Assembly (NCBI GenBank): GCA_023213395.1
Contig: CM041465.1
Span: forward strand, 78,127,741-78,191,740
Direction of reading: 5' to 3'
Source: Cycas panzhihuaensis
Lineage: Eukaryota > Plantae > Cycadophyta
DNA: 64,000 nt
Shown here: positions 15,190 to 27,183 of the stretch, in pieces
How positions within the stretch are numbered: the stretch's first letter is position 1
Layout of the letters: every line of letters begins with the position of its first letter
The notes under the pieces: model-generated
What the model was told of the DNA's origin: nothing
What the model saw: the letters and a program-made list of their open reading frames with translations, nothing else
Databases searched by the model: none
Made by a program: the position numbers and the translations under genes

Positions 15190-18100
15190 TATTAAATTAG
15201 GTACCAAAAATGCTCTGACACCATATTAAAGTGATGGATGCAACAATAATGAACTTATGAGTATGTACACATAGTGAATTAATTAACATGAATGTAAAGT
15301 AAAGCAAGTATTAACAAGCATAATCATCATAAGACATAAAGATTTATACGTGGAAAACCCATTATGAGAAAAACCAAGGGAGAAGGTGGAGTTAGGACTC
15401 CACTTATGGTCATAAGGTTTACATCTCCAAGTCTTCAACCTTTCTCAAATTCTCAAGTAGTGAGTGTACAAATATATAGTAAAAATCATCTCATAAGTAG
15501 CCTATTAAATATAACAAGCTGTTACATCATCCAATAAAGAGATAGCATGGATATATATGTATCTTACATATCTCAAAATAGGTAAATATTGGGAAGTGCA
15601 TGTGTATAATAAGCCTATATTAAACATTATGTTTTAACACTCCCCCATAATGTTTATTATCCTTGAGTCTTGATTTGAAGTCTTCAAGTCTTTAACTTAT
15701 ATGTTGGAACCTGTAACTGTATCATGTATCCTATATATAGTATCACTTATAACTTGTAAACAACCTACATCCCATATCCAATATTATCTTTAACCTATAA
15801 ATAACCTATAACCATATGTTTGTCTCTATCAAGTATCAACCTATATAAACTAATAGGTATGAAGTGTATTATGAACATCTTCATATCTTTACTTATATGG
15901 ATACTTTCAATCAATATTAAGTTGGATGATCAAAATTTAGTTAACCATTAAATTAATTAAAAAATCAAGCACAGTGATATTTGAGTCCATATAAAATAAT
16001 ATCTATCTACTGAAATACATAGGTGACCAACTGCTATAATCACCAGTTCATAAGGAAATTACTTCAAATACATGGGTTATCATCCTTCCAAATTACTTAT
16101 AAGACCAACACAATTGGTATGTTATATCAAAATTTTATTAGATGGATCAAGTTGGCAACTGGATCATTTTGAATAATCAACTTTGAAAATAGGCCAAACT
16201 ACTTGGCCAAGGTAAGTTAACTATAACAAGGTAAATTATACTCAATATCTAGCTAGATAACAAAAACTGCTTCAATAACCAAGTGATTTGTATATTTTCT
16301 TAGGGGTTTTGCCATCCACTAAACCAAATGTGATGTTGCCAAGGGGGAAATAAAAATTTAACATATCAAGGATATCTCATATGACAAATCCATTAAATAT
16401 TTCTCACTTAATAAATTCTTCCAACTAAAATGAGCCTTAAAATATCATAAATAGGCCTTAAAATACTTGATTTTAAACTAACATTTAATTTTTCATCCAC
16501 CATTTCTCGAAAATAAATTTACCATCATGATTAAAGCCATAAAAAACATTAGAATTGACTAAAATTTTTTGAAAACTGATATGAAATTCATCTAAAATAA
16601 AGTTTGAAGCCTTTATATCAACTTTACCCTAAATTTTCTCTATCTTCTACTATCCAAATTAGGTCATGTGACCACTCATTTCAACTATCTTGAAGTCTAC
16701 TTTCTAACACAATAGATAGCATTTGATTCTGATACACGTGTGATGAGTTATGTTGTAAAATATGCCAGTATGTCACAAAATAATGTGTGATCCTTTAAAA
16801 ATGGAGGACGAATCTAAAACTTTATCAAATTCTAAATATAAATTTTGAAAAAAAAAAGAAAAGAAAATCTAGTTTATAAAAGTTGGAATCCACCTCCTTG
16901 GTGATTTAGTCCCTAGTCATATAGATTTGCCATATGACCACTTGAAGATTAATAGATGCTCTATGGATTCGAAATAATATTCAAAGCAATTAAATTTTAC
17001 ATACCATGCATAAACTTTTTTTAGGTTTTGAAGAAATTGAATTACTATGAAAATTCTCGAAAAAACCCAATATATGAATAACAACTACAAATTTGGGTTA
17101 TACATGGTGATTCAATTAATCTTACTGTGTAGGTTTGACTAGCATGAGAGAGTAGTTTGTATTGATGTGTTCTACAAAAATTTTATTTATTTTACGTAGA
17201 TTGATATCTCCATAGCATGAGGCATGATGGCTGATCATAGGCATATAGATTACTCTCAGTTCTTACTGTGCTTGAAGTCGACCTCAATGGTGGCAATTAA
17301 CAACTACTTTAAGAAAATCAAATCTGAATTGATTTAACTTCTGCCAAAGGGCTCTGAGATTTCATATATTAATCTTTATCTGGAGTTCATTTCATCTTTT
17401 GCTTGCTAGGCTTTGATGGACATTCGTTACATCATTCTACTACATCCATCTAGTCTAGTATTTTCATGTCTAATAGGAGTGGTCATTGCTATGAGCTCCA
17501 TTGTTCTCTATTTTGTGTTCAAGTGGGCAGATAGATGGCTTCTTGTTAGAATATATAATGTAAACTTTATGTTTCATTATGTTTCTTAATGTTATTATTT
17601 AGTCACATGTCTTAAATATAATTTAAATGATTATAATGTTACAAACTTATGTTTAATTTAATAATTTGTGGATGGTCATTGAAATGCATAACCGCATTCC
17701 AACGAACCTTCGTACTATTTATTCATCTCCTAAATTCATGGAGTTAGTTCTAGGAATCTAGGAGGTATGTCCAAATGCCTAACTAAAGGCTGTTTTGAGG
17801 GTTGGTGTTTTTGTATAGTAGTTTTAGTTCATTATTAATAAAATTAGCTTAGGAGGTGGTTTTTCTTCTCTAGAAGGGGTTTTCCACCTGTCAATCAATG
17901 TGTACTTATGCAGTGTTATCTTCTGGTTATTTCCTGTTATCATTTACATTTCTTGATCCTGTTAATGCTGTATTTGTGCCTCTATTCTCATACTTCTAAA
18001 TGGCATTTCATCATATTTCTCTAGATAGTTCAAGCGTGACCTAAGTGAGAATTTTAATTTCATCCTCCTCCACTTATTTACGATGTTATTTATCAGGGCT

Positions 18101-19818
18101 ATCTCTGGTCTCTTTAAACATGGTAAGGTTTTTTAGTTAGAGTTTGGCAACCAATTATAATTCTATTATCAATGGTATCCTTGAGCAATCACCATTACAG
18201 ATGACTACTATTACCATGGCATGATATAAATGTGATGCAAATGGCATGGTTGGTGGCTTCAATTGATGAAAAAATAAAAGTGGGTGAATAACATGATCAT
18301 GTCTTTAGATTTTTAATTTTTATCCTTTGTTCCTATTGAGGTTTTATGTTTGATACAATGGCTAGGCGATTTTGACTGGAGAACTTCTAATTTATGGAGT
18401 AGGGTGATGGTGGTTAAACATGCAACACTTCCTTTAGCTGGGACTATCTGCAAATCTATTAAGAATGATGCCTTAGATGTAATTTGGTAAGCTCGAGTTT
18501 TGATTATTTTTAATAAACTAATATATTCAAATATTTAACAATAATCTCAAACCATCATATATAAAATTTTTATTCCAAAATTTATTCATATATATGTCAT
18601 ACACTAATTCAAAGTATCTTGACATATAATCAAATTATTCAACATGTAAATTCATTATGCTATCATGTAGGGTTTCAATCATAACCCAAGTAGTCATGCC
18701 CTTATAAATTAAATGACTAAAAATCTTTCTCATGCTCTATAAACAACTCATGTCATGTATATATAAATAATCTATATGTTGTAATAAAGAATTTCCCTCA
18801 TAAATATGTTATTTGCCACGATTCTTACATCAATAAATCAATATGACATATACCATTCATGCTGTCATTAACTATCTGTAACCTGACAACATACTGTTGT
18901 ACATGCCTACTACTTATTTTATGTATACTAATGGATTATCCTCATTTTAGTAGCAAATCTCATTGTGAGACACTCATAAATACCTCCAAAATAGTCCATG
19001 AGTGATAGTGAATCCATTAACAAATATTTGCGTAGCCTTTACTTATGGGCTAAATATAATATCATGTGGACAACTGTGAATACTTGTATGTTCTATTAAA
19101 AAAATGGCCTAACATATATAAATAAAATATCCATATAAAATCACATATAAACATACTATCAATATTGACTATATCTATCTTGTATGCAGCTTGACTAGTT
19201 TCATGTGCCCTATAATCTGTCGCACATGTTATTCACATATACATATATTTGGCTCAACAAATAATACCTCATATTTGGCTCTTATCATAGGCTCGATAGG
19301 TTTGAATCTAAATTAGTAGGATCTTCACTTCATAACAGCAGCTTAGACATAACACTGCTCTAATACCATATTAAAATAGGTATCCAAATTACTTTGATAC
19401 CATGTTAAAATAACGGATTCAATAATAATAAACTCATGAGTATATACATATAGTGAATTAATTAACATAAATGTAAAGTAAAGCAAGTATCAATAAGCAT
19501 AATCATCATAAGACACTAAGATTTATATGTGGAAAACCCATTATGGAAAAAACCATGAGAGAAGGTAGAGTTAGGACTCTACTTATGATCATAAGGTTTA
19601 CATCTCCAAGTCTTCAACCTTTCTCAAAATTTGAAATGGTGAGTGTACATATATATATTAAAAATCACTTCATAAGTAGCTTATTAAATATAATGAGTTG
19701 ATGCATCATCTAATAAAGAGATAGCATGGATATATATACATCTTATATATCTTGAAGTAGGAGAATAGAGGGAAGTATATGTGTACAATGAGCCTATATT
19801 AAACATTATGTTTTAATA
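15190..19818 (-). mobile_element. Non-autonomous Copia-type element D; LTRs 15190-15639 and 19369-19818
   Basis: Two 450-bp LTRs. PBS gctctaatacca at 19357-19368; PPT ctccccc at 15640-15646; TSD ataac (15185-15189) / ataat (19819-19823). The LTR reverse complement is homologous to the C LTR. Confidence 0.85.
17544..17992 (+). repeat. Solo LTR of the Copia E family
   Basis: Reverse complement of the E LTRs over its whole length. Perfect TSD cttct (17539-17543 / 17993-17997). No internal sequence. Confidence 0.92.
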
Positions 19819-21529
19819 ATAATAGCTCAAGAGAAATTATAGGTCATTCATGAGGTGACTTTTAAGATAAATATACACATATACCACTTGAGAACTTTAG
19901 AAAGATCTTTGACTTGGAGATTTATTTATTCTAATATCTTGGAGGAGCTCCTAACTCCATGTTCTTTTATGGTTTTGTCCCATACTAGGTTTTCCATATA
20001 TAAATTTATTGTCTCTCTTATGGTGATGCTTATTCATGTATGTTTCTATTATTTATTCTATATTCATATTTATTCCTTTATATATGTACCTTTCTCATGA
20101 GATAATTTAGTCATTATATATACTTATTATATTTTTATTTTATTATACTAACTATATCACAACATGATACTTTTAAATTCTAACTTATTATTAGAGTAAA
20201 TTTACATTTCTAACATGGTATCAGAGCCATGGTAAGTTGAAAGATTTTGTACAATAGGAAGTAAGCCTATATAGAGCCAATTGATGAGCTAATATATGCC
20301 CGTGATAGAGCCAATATGAGAGTTAATATAGGAGCTAGTTATGAGGTGGATTTGATGAGCAAAAAATCTAAATATGCTAATTAGACTAGTGATATGTGAC
20401 TATGATCCAGGGGCCAGATGAAGTTGATGAAGATGATGAAAGTAAAATACAATAGTAAATAAGTCACACACAAAGACACATGATAAAAGTAATAAATTAA
20501 TTGTATGTTAACTTGAATTTATTATGGATAATTATATTTAGCATGTTGATACTATATTCTTGAGAGCATATAGGTACACTATTTAGTCTGCTAGATATAA
20601 TAAGAAGATATGGTCGTTTATTAGTGAAGGCTTTATTGAGTGTCTTAGTATTGGATATGAGGATTCATTATCACTAGTGGAATATTCTAGAGGCTTTTAC
20701 ATATATATTAAAATAGAGATTTATTCTTAGAATAAATCTAATATCATATCAGTAAAATAAGAAATAGGTACAGGCTTGTATAAGATGAAAAGTGATAATT
20801 TAAACCAAGTATGAGATATAAAAAGTATCATTTTTGATAGGTTATATTGTAGACATAAAAGGTATGTGACATATATTAGTAATAGTTGATTTGATGGAAT
20901 TATTAAAAATAAAAAATATGAGAGCATCATATATAAATTAATTATGATGGTATGAAATATTATTTGACTATATTAAGGGCACTATGATATGTATGTATGA
21001 TTGAATTTATGAGGTATGTGAGAGGAGAGGCACAAGTATAGCATTAACAGGATCAATGTAAGCAAGAAATAACTAGAAAATAACACTACACAAGTACACA
21101 TCAATTGATAGGTGGAAAATCCCTTTTAGAGAAGAAAAACCACCTCCTAAAGCTAATTTTATTAATAAAGAATTAAAACTACTATACAAAACCACTAACA
21201 CCTGAAACTAGCCTTTAAACAGGCATTTGGACAACCCTTTTAGATTCCTAGAACCATCTCCATAAATCTAGGAGATGAATAAATATAATGGAGGTTCGTT
21301 AAAATGTAGTTCTGCATTTCAACGACCATCCACAAATTAATTAATATAAATCTAAGCTTAAAAACATTATAATTACTTAAATTACATATTAGACATATGA
21401 CAAAATAATAACTTAAAGAAACATAAAGTTTGCATTATATTATCTAACATCCCCCTTTAATGTAAACTTTTATACTGGAGAGAAAAGAAGAGCTTCATCA
21501 CGATGATCCCCCTTTGATGGAGACTTCTC

Positions 21530-24500
21530 TTATCTGTAATAGATCTATGAGGTTTAAGAATTTAACTTCAGTTAGAGACTTTGTAAGAATGTCAGCAATC
21601 TGTAGATCTGTTGGATAATAAGACAAAGAACCAAGATTATCAGTAACTAAATTGTGAATAAAATATTAATGTAATTCAATATGCTTAGTCCTAGAATGAG
21701 AAACTAGATTTGTAGCTATAGCAATTGCACCTTGATTATCAAATTTAATTTCAATTAAAGAGTTTAGAGATAGACCAATTTCATTTAGTAAAGATTTTAG
21801 CTAAAGAGCTTATTTACCAGTTTCAACTAATGCTCGATATTTGACTTCAGTCATTGATAACGCTAGTGCATACATTTTTTTGCTAGACCAAGTACTAGGT
21901 GAGGAATCTATAAAAAATATATAACCTGAAGTAGATTTATGATTAGATATATCACCTACCCAATTAGAATCAGAATATCTAATTAACATTAGTGGTTTAT
22001 TACAAAAATTATAAGTTAAACCATAAAACATAGTATACTTTAGATAACGTAAGATACATTTAGCAGCTTTTCAGTGAGATTCGTGTGGTTGTTGCATATA
22101 ACGAGAACATAAAGCAACAACATAAGAAATGTCAGGGCAAGTGTGTGTTAGATAAAGTAGACTACCGATCGATTATCTATATAGAGTTGGATCACATAAC
22201 GGAGTTGGACAATCAGTAGATAGTTTAACTCCTGATTGTAATGGATTTGATACGGGTTTAGCATTTTTCATGTTAAACCATTGAATTAAGTCTAGAATAT
22301 ACTTAGGTTGAGATATTATTATATTTGAATGATTTTGATAAACTTATAAATAAAGAAAGTAATGTAATAGACCTAAATTGGTCATTTCAAATTTGTTCAT
22401 TAAAGTAGATTTTAGATGATGAATATTATGAGTTGATGATCCAGTAATAATAATGTCATCAATATAGAGAATTAGAATAGTAAAATTTTTATTTTCACGT
22501 TTAAAATAAAGATTTGGATCATTAATACATTTAGTGTATCCAATGTGAATTAAATAATCATCGACTTTGGTATACCAAGGTCGAGGAGCTTGTTTTAAAT
22601 CGTAAATAGATTTTTTAAGTTTGCAAACTAAATTAGGATTTTTAATAAATCTAGGTGGCTGAGACATATATATCTCTTCTTTGAGATCACCATTCAAGAA
22701 AGCACTCTTAACATCCATTTGGTAGATTTCTTAACTAAATTTGGCTGTAAGAGTAATAATTGTCTTGATTGTGTTCATCTTTACAACATGAGCAAAGGTT
22801 TCATTATAATCAATGCCATCTATTTGAGAAAATCCTTTTGCAACAAGGCGAGCTTTATATTTTTCCATTGCACTTGTTGAGTTATATTTAGTTCTATAGA
22901 CCCATTTATAATCGACAATATTTTTTCCAGGTGGGAGAGGAACAAGATCCCAGGTTAAATTTTTAATTAAGGCATCAAATTCAATTTGCATAGTATCCTA
23001 CCATACAGGATTGTTGCTAGCTTGTTTAAATGTTTTGGGATCATTGTTGTCCATTATTTTTGCCATTAAGGAAAAATTAGCATGTAGTTTTTACGCACGT
23101 GTACGTCTAGAATTGGTAGGATTACCTACATCAGATCCAGCATCAGCAAGCATTTTGGTTGCCCAAATAGATTACTTGTGAGTAACTATATCTGAAGATG
23201 CAGGTTGATTGATGAACTAGCCTGAAGGGAAGGATCTATTTCAGTGGGTTCAGATAGAGTCCAATTTTGGACTTGAGTTGATAAAGATTCTATAACTTTT
23301 GAATCAGCTTGTTTGGCAGAAGGGTCAACCAAACAAGTGTTGGTTAACAAATTTTCAATAGGAGGTTCTACATAAGTAGATGTTGAAGAAGATCCTTCTT
23401 CATCAAATATTACATCACGCAAAATAGAAATGTTATGCGTGACTGGATCTAAGAGTCTATAAGCTTTACTCTATTCGCTGTAGCCAACGAAGATGTATTT
23501 TTGACTTTTTAAATCTAATTTTTTATATTTTTTGTGAGGGATATGTCCCCATGCAATAATGCCAAAGATTCATAAATGATTGACAGATAGTTTTCTTTCA
23601 GACCATTTTTATTCTGGAGTAACGTTATATAGACATTTACTAGATAACTGATTTAATAAATAATTAGAGCAGTTAATTGCTTCTGCCCATACTTTTAAAT
23701 CTAGATTCTTTTCATGTAACATGCAACGAGTCATTTTAATCATAGTACAGTTTTTGTGTTCAACAACATCATTTTGTTGAGGTGTGTAAGCAACATAATG
23801 TTGGAACCGAATTCCATGTGATTTGTAGAAAGAAGTAAAATTTCCACTTAAATATTCCTTAGCATTATCAGATTGAAATATTTTGATTCTTGAATTTGAT
23901 TGATTTTCAACTAATGTTTTATATTCAACAAAAATATCAAACACTTGACTATGTGTTTTGAGCATATAAACCCAACATTTTCTTGAATAATCATTTATGA
24001 ATGTAACAAAATAACAAGAGCCTGAGTATGATGTTACATGAAATGGTCCACATATATTAGAGTGGACAAGTTCGAGTGGAGTAGTTGCTCTGTATTAAGT
24101 TTTATGTGGAAATGGTCCCATGTGTTGTTTGCCTATCACACAGGCTTCACAAACACCATAAACAGTGTTTAAAGGTGGTAAACCATGAACCATTTCATGC
24201 TTATTTAAATATTGCAGTTTTCCATAACTTGTATGGCCAAATCTTGTATGCCAAAGTTTGCTGACTGAGTCAGATTTGGCAATAAAGGCACTAAAAGATT
24301 TTGATTTGTTCTTTTGAAGACTGGTTAGACTATAGAGACCTGTGTTATGATCAATAGGTCCTAAGGTAATATATCTGAATTTGTTTGATGGTTCCTTTAT
24401 GATAAATTTATTTTTCTAGAATTCGACGATAAGGTCTTTCTGGCAGATCTAATAAACTGAGAGTAGGTTTGGTAACAAACCAGGTATGTAAAAGACATCC

Positions 24501-25751
24501 TTGATTGAACCATCTTTTAGAATAATGTCACCTGATCATTTAACTTTAAGTTGATTACCACTTCCAAAAGAAATATCTTCTTCAGAGTTCGTATTGGATT
24601 GATAAGTGGTTAAATTTTTCTGGTGTCCAATCATGTAATGGGATGCACCAGAGTCAAGGATCCACTGTGGTGGTTGATTTGAAGGAGCAACAAATACATA
24701 AGTTGTTGTTGCTACAGAATGATTATGAGATTGACGATTTTGGGGTCATGATTGAGAATGAGATTGAAAATAGGATTGAGAATGGGATTGAGGTTTATTT
24801 TGCAACCCCTTGGAAGCTTTCCATGCTTCCAAAGCTATTCTACTTCTACAGACATAAATAGTATGGTCTCTTTTATGACAATAGGCACAATTAGTGTTCT
24901 GAGAAGAAGTTGCGTTGTTTCTATTAAAAAAGAATTGATTAGAATTATTCTGGTGTTTAGTTGGACTAGAATATTTAACATTGTTTTGTGAATTAGACGG
25001 TGAACCTCTATGAGGTTTCTAAAATTTTGGATTATTATGAAAATTGTTGTTCTGTTGTTTATTTTTAAATTGTTGCTTAGTTTTAAAAAACAAAGCCTGT
25101 GAAGGATCTTTTAATGCACTTGTTTGAATTAACATTGTCTGATATTCAATCAACTGGTTTGTCAACTAATTGAATGTTATAGGTGAGTTGCCAGCTTATT
25201 GTCTGGCAGTTTTGAAGAGATTAAAGTGTATTGGTAATTTGTTTACTGCAAGACGTATGAGCGTGTCATCGTCTCTAACATGCGTAGTCATTTTTTTAAC
25301 ATCACCTTCTTTGGTTTTAGATTTGATGCAGTTATCTAGATCTTTATTAATTGATTGAATTTTAGTTAAAAAATCCTCAACATTTGAAAAGTCGTCAAAA
25401 GTCAGGTTATACAATTCTTGTTTCAGATGACCACTTGATGTGTATCAACCTTGTCATATTTTTCTTGCAAGGTTTTCCAGACAGTGGCTAAGTCATCTTT
25501 TCAGAAAACTACTGACTAATTTATGGTAAGAGTGAGTTTAATATGGTGTTTAAGGCGGTATCTGAGTTTATCAAATATACCATAAGACTCTCAGTAGCAT
25601 CTGCTTTTGGTTTTTGAAATTCACTTGTCACATATCGCTATATCTTTTGCTGTTTGAGCTAATAAGATATGCGATTCCTCTAGTCGGCATAGTTTGAGCT
25701 GGTTAATACTGGAATTGGAATGCAGGTGGTTGTCCCTGGCATTAATGCCAT
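21530..25751 (-). pseudogene. Copia E gag-pol (Gag, protease, integrase, RT, RNase H) with stops
   Basis: ATG at 25751 (MALMPG..LTSSNYAD*); WILDSGASH at ~24640-24666; ELVHSNICGPF at ~24045-24076; QSDNAKEY; KYKARLVAKGF; MDVKSAFLNGDL; LYIDD; YSDSNWVGD; SRTKHIELH. Confidence 0.95.
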
Positions 25752-26841
25752 ATTGGGAGTGTTGAGGTTTGATTGTAGATTGAAGGTGATTGGAAAAATA
25801 ATCACTTAGAGTAAAAGGTACTAATCATGTTAATAGATATAATTCAAGAAGACATTCTAGTACGCATTAATTGTATTTAAGAAAAAAATCATGTATTTGT
25901 AAACAGATTGAATAAACAAACAACTTCTTAAAATGTTGCCTTAAGCAGTCCCTTTTGATAAATAGTTCTTTTTGAGAAATAGTCCCCCTTTGATAAATTA
26001 GTTTCCCTTATTCTAAACAAATGAAAAGTCCTATTTAATAAACAATCCCCTTTTTGATAGAAAGAAACTATCCCCTTTCAAAATAAAAAATCTCCTTTAA
26101 TTTAAAAATAAACAATTCCCCTTAATAAAGCAAGTATTTTACTTACAAAAAAACTTTATAACTAAAGTATTTAGTTTTCCTTTTTATTTTAAGAAATAGA
26201 TATGTAATTTTTAAAGATTAAATGGCATAATTAAAATCTATAAATTAAGTGTGGAAGGGAGGGAAAATGTTAATTTATAAATAAATAATAAAGTGTTAAG
26301 GGGGACTAGTAATAAATGTAATAAAAAAGGTATAATAAAAAGGAATGAAGTTGATTTATAAATTAAATATAATAGGGAAAAGGTTAACTTTAATTTGCCT
26401 AAAATTAACTATGTTAATTTGAAGTGATTTAAACATTAGAATGTAGTGATAGGAGGGTTTGTTTATGTACTAATTATAACGAAAGAAATTACAAAAATTA
26501 TGGGAGTTGCTAAAGTTTATAATAGAGATTAAGGGGGTGTAATTTAATTTAATTTAAGTCAAAATATAATAAAAAAGGGAGGGGTATTTGATTGTATCAA
26601 ATATAATAAGGGAAGGGGGAGATTTTTGATTTAATTTAAATCAAAATGTGATTAAGGGTATTGCTTATGTTTTATTAAATGAAAAAATGTTAAAAAAGGG
26701 GGGTGTTGATTTAATTTAAATCAACATATGATAAAATAGAAGGGGGGGGGGGGGGCTTAGAGGAGCAACTCGTGCTTTTTGCAGGTTTGGAGACGATGAT
26801 GGAGATGGAGAACGAAGGCGCTAGAAGGTGCAGTAGTCTAG

Positions 26842-26946
26842 GACTTGCTAGGTCACCTACTGAGTTATCCTGTGCTGGTCACTACCTATGGCCACTTGGG
26901 TGAGATCCTTTCCTTCCAAAACTTCCCAGACACCAAAGCCTGTGTG
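26842..26946 (+). pseudogene. PLD: Captured fragment of phospholipase D alpha, C-terminal (PLD_C) region
   Basis: Translates DLLGHLLSYPVLVTTYGHLGEILSFQNFPDTKACV, matching the plant PLD-alpha DLPGHLL.YP.....G....LP....FPDTKARV block. Confidence 0.88.
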
Positions 26947-26960
26947 ACATTATGCAGGCT

Positions 26961-27183
26961 AAGAGAGCTTAGGAGAACCATTGTTTCATGATCTACGTTC
27001 ATTCTAAGATGATGATAGTGGACGATGAATACATTATTGTGGGATCTACAAACATCAATCAGTGGTCGATGGACAGAGTGCGGGATTCAGAGATCACCAT
27101 GGGAGCATATCAACCCTACCAGTTAGGGTCGGACCGCCGAGGGCCAGCTAGGGAGTAGATCCACGGTTTCAAGATGTCGCTCT
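26961..27183 (+). pseudogene. PLD: Captured fragment of phospholipase D alpha, second HKD catalytic motif
   Basis: Translates [72 protein letters not shown], matching [46 protein letters not shown]...ARGQIHGFRMSL. Confidence 0.95.

Noticed and set aside
26842-27183. A functional host PLD gene or exon
   Set aside because: The fragments are short, out of order, contain stops and sit between the PBS and gag of a TSD-bounded Copia element.
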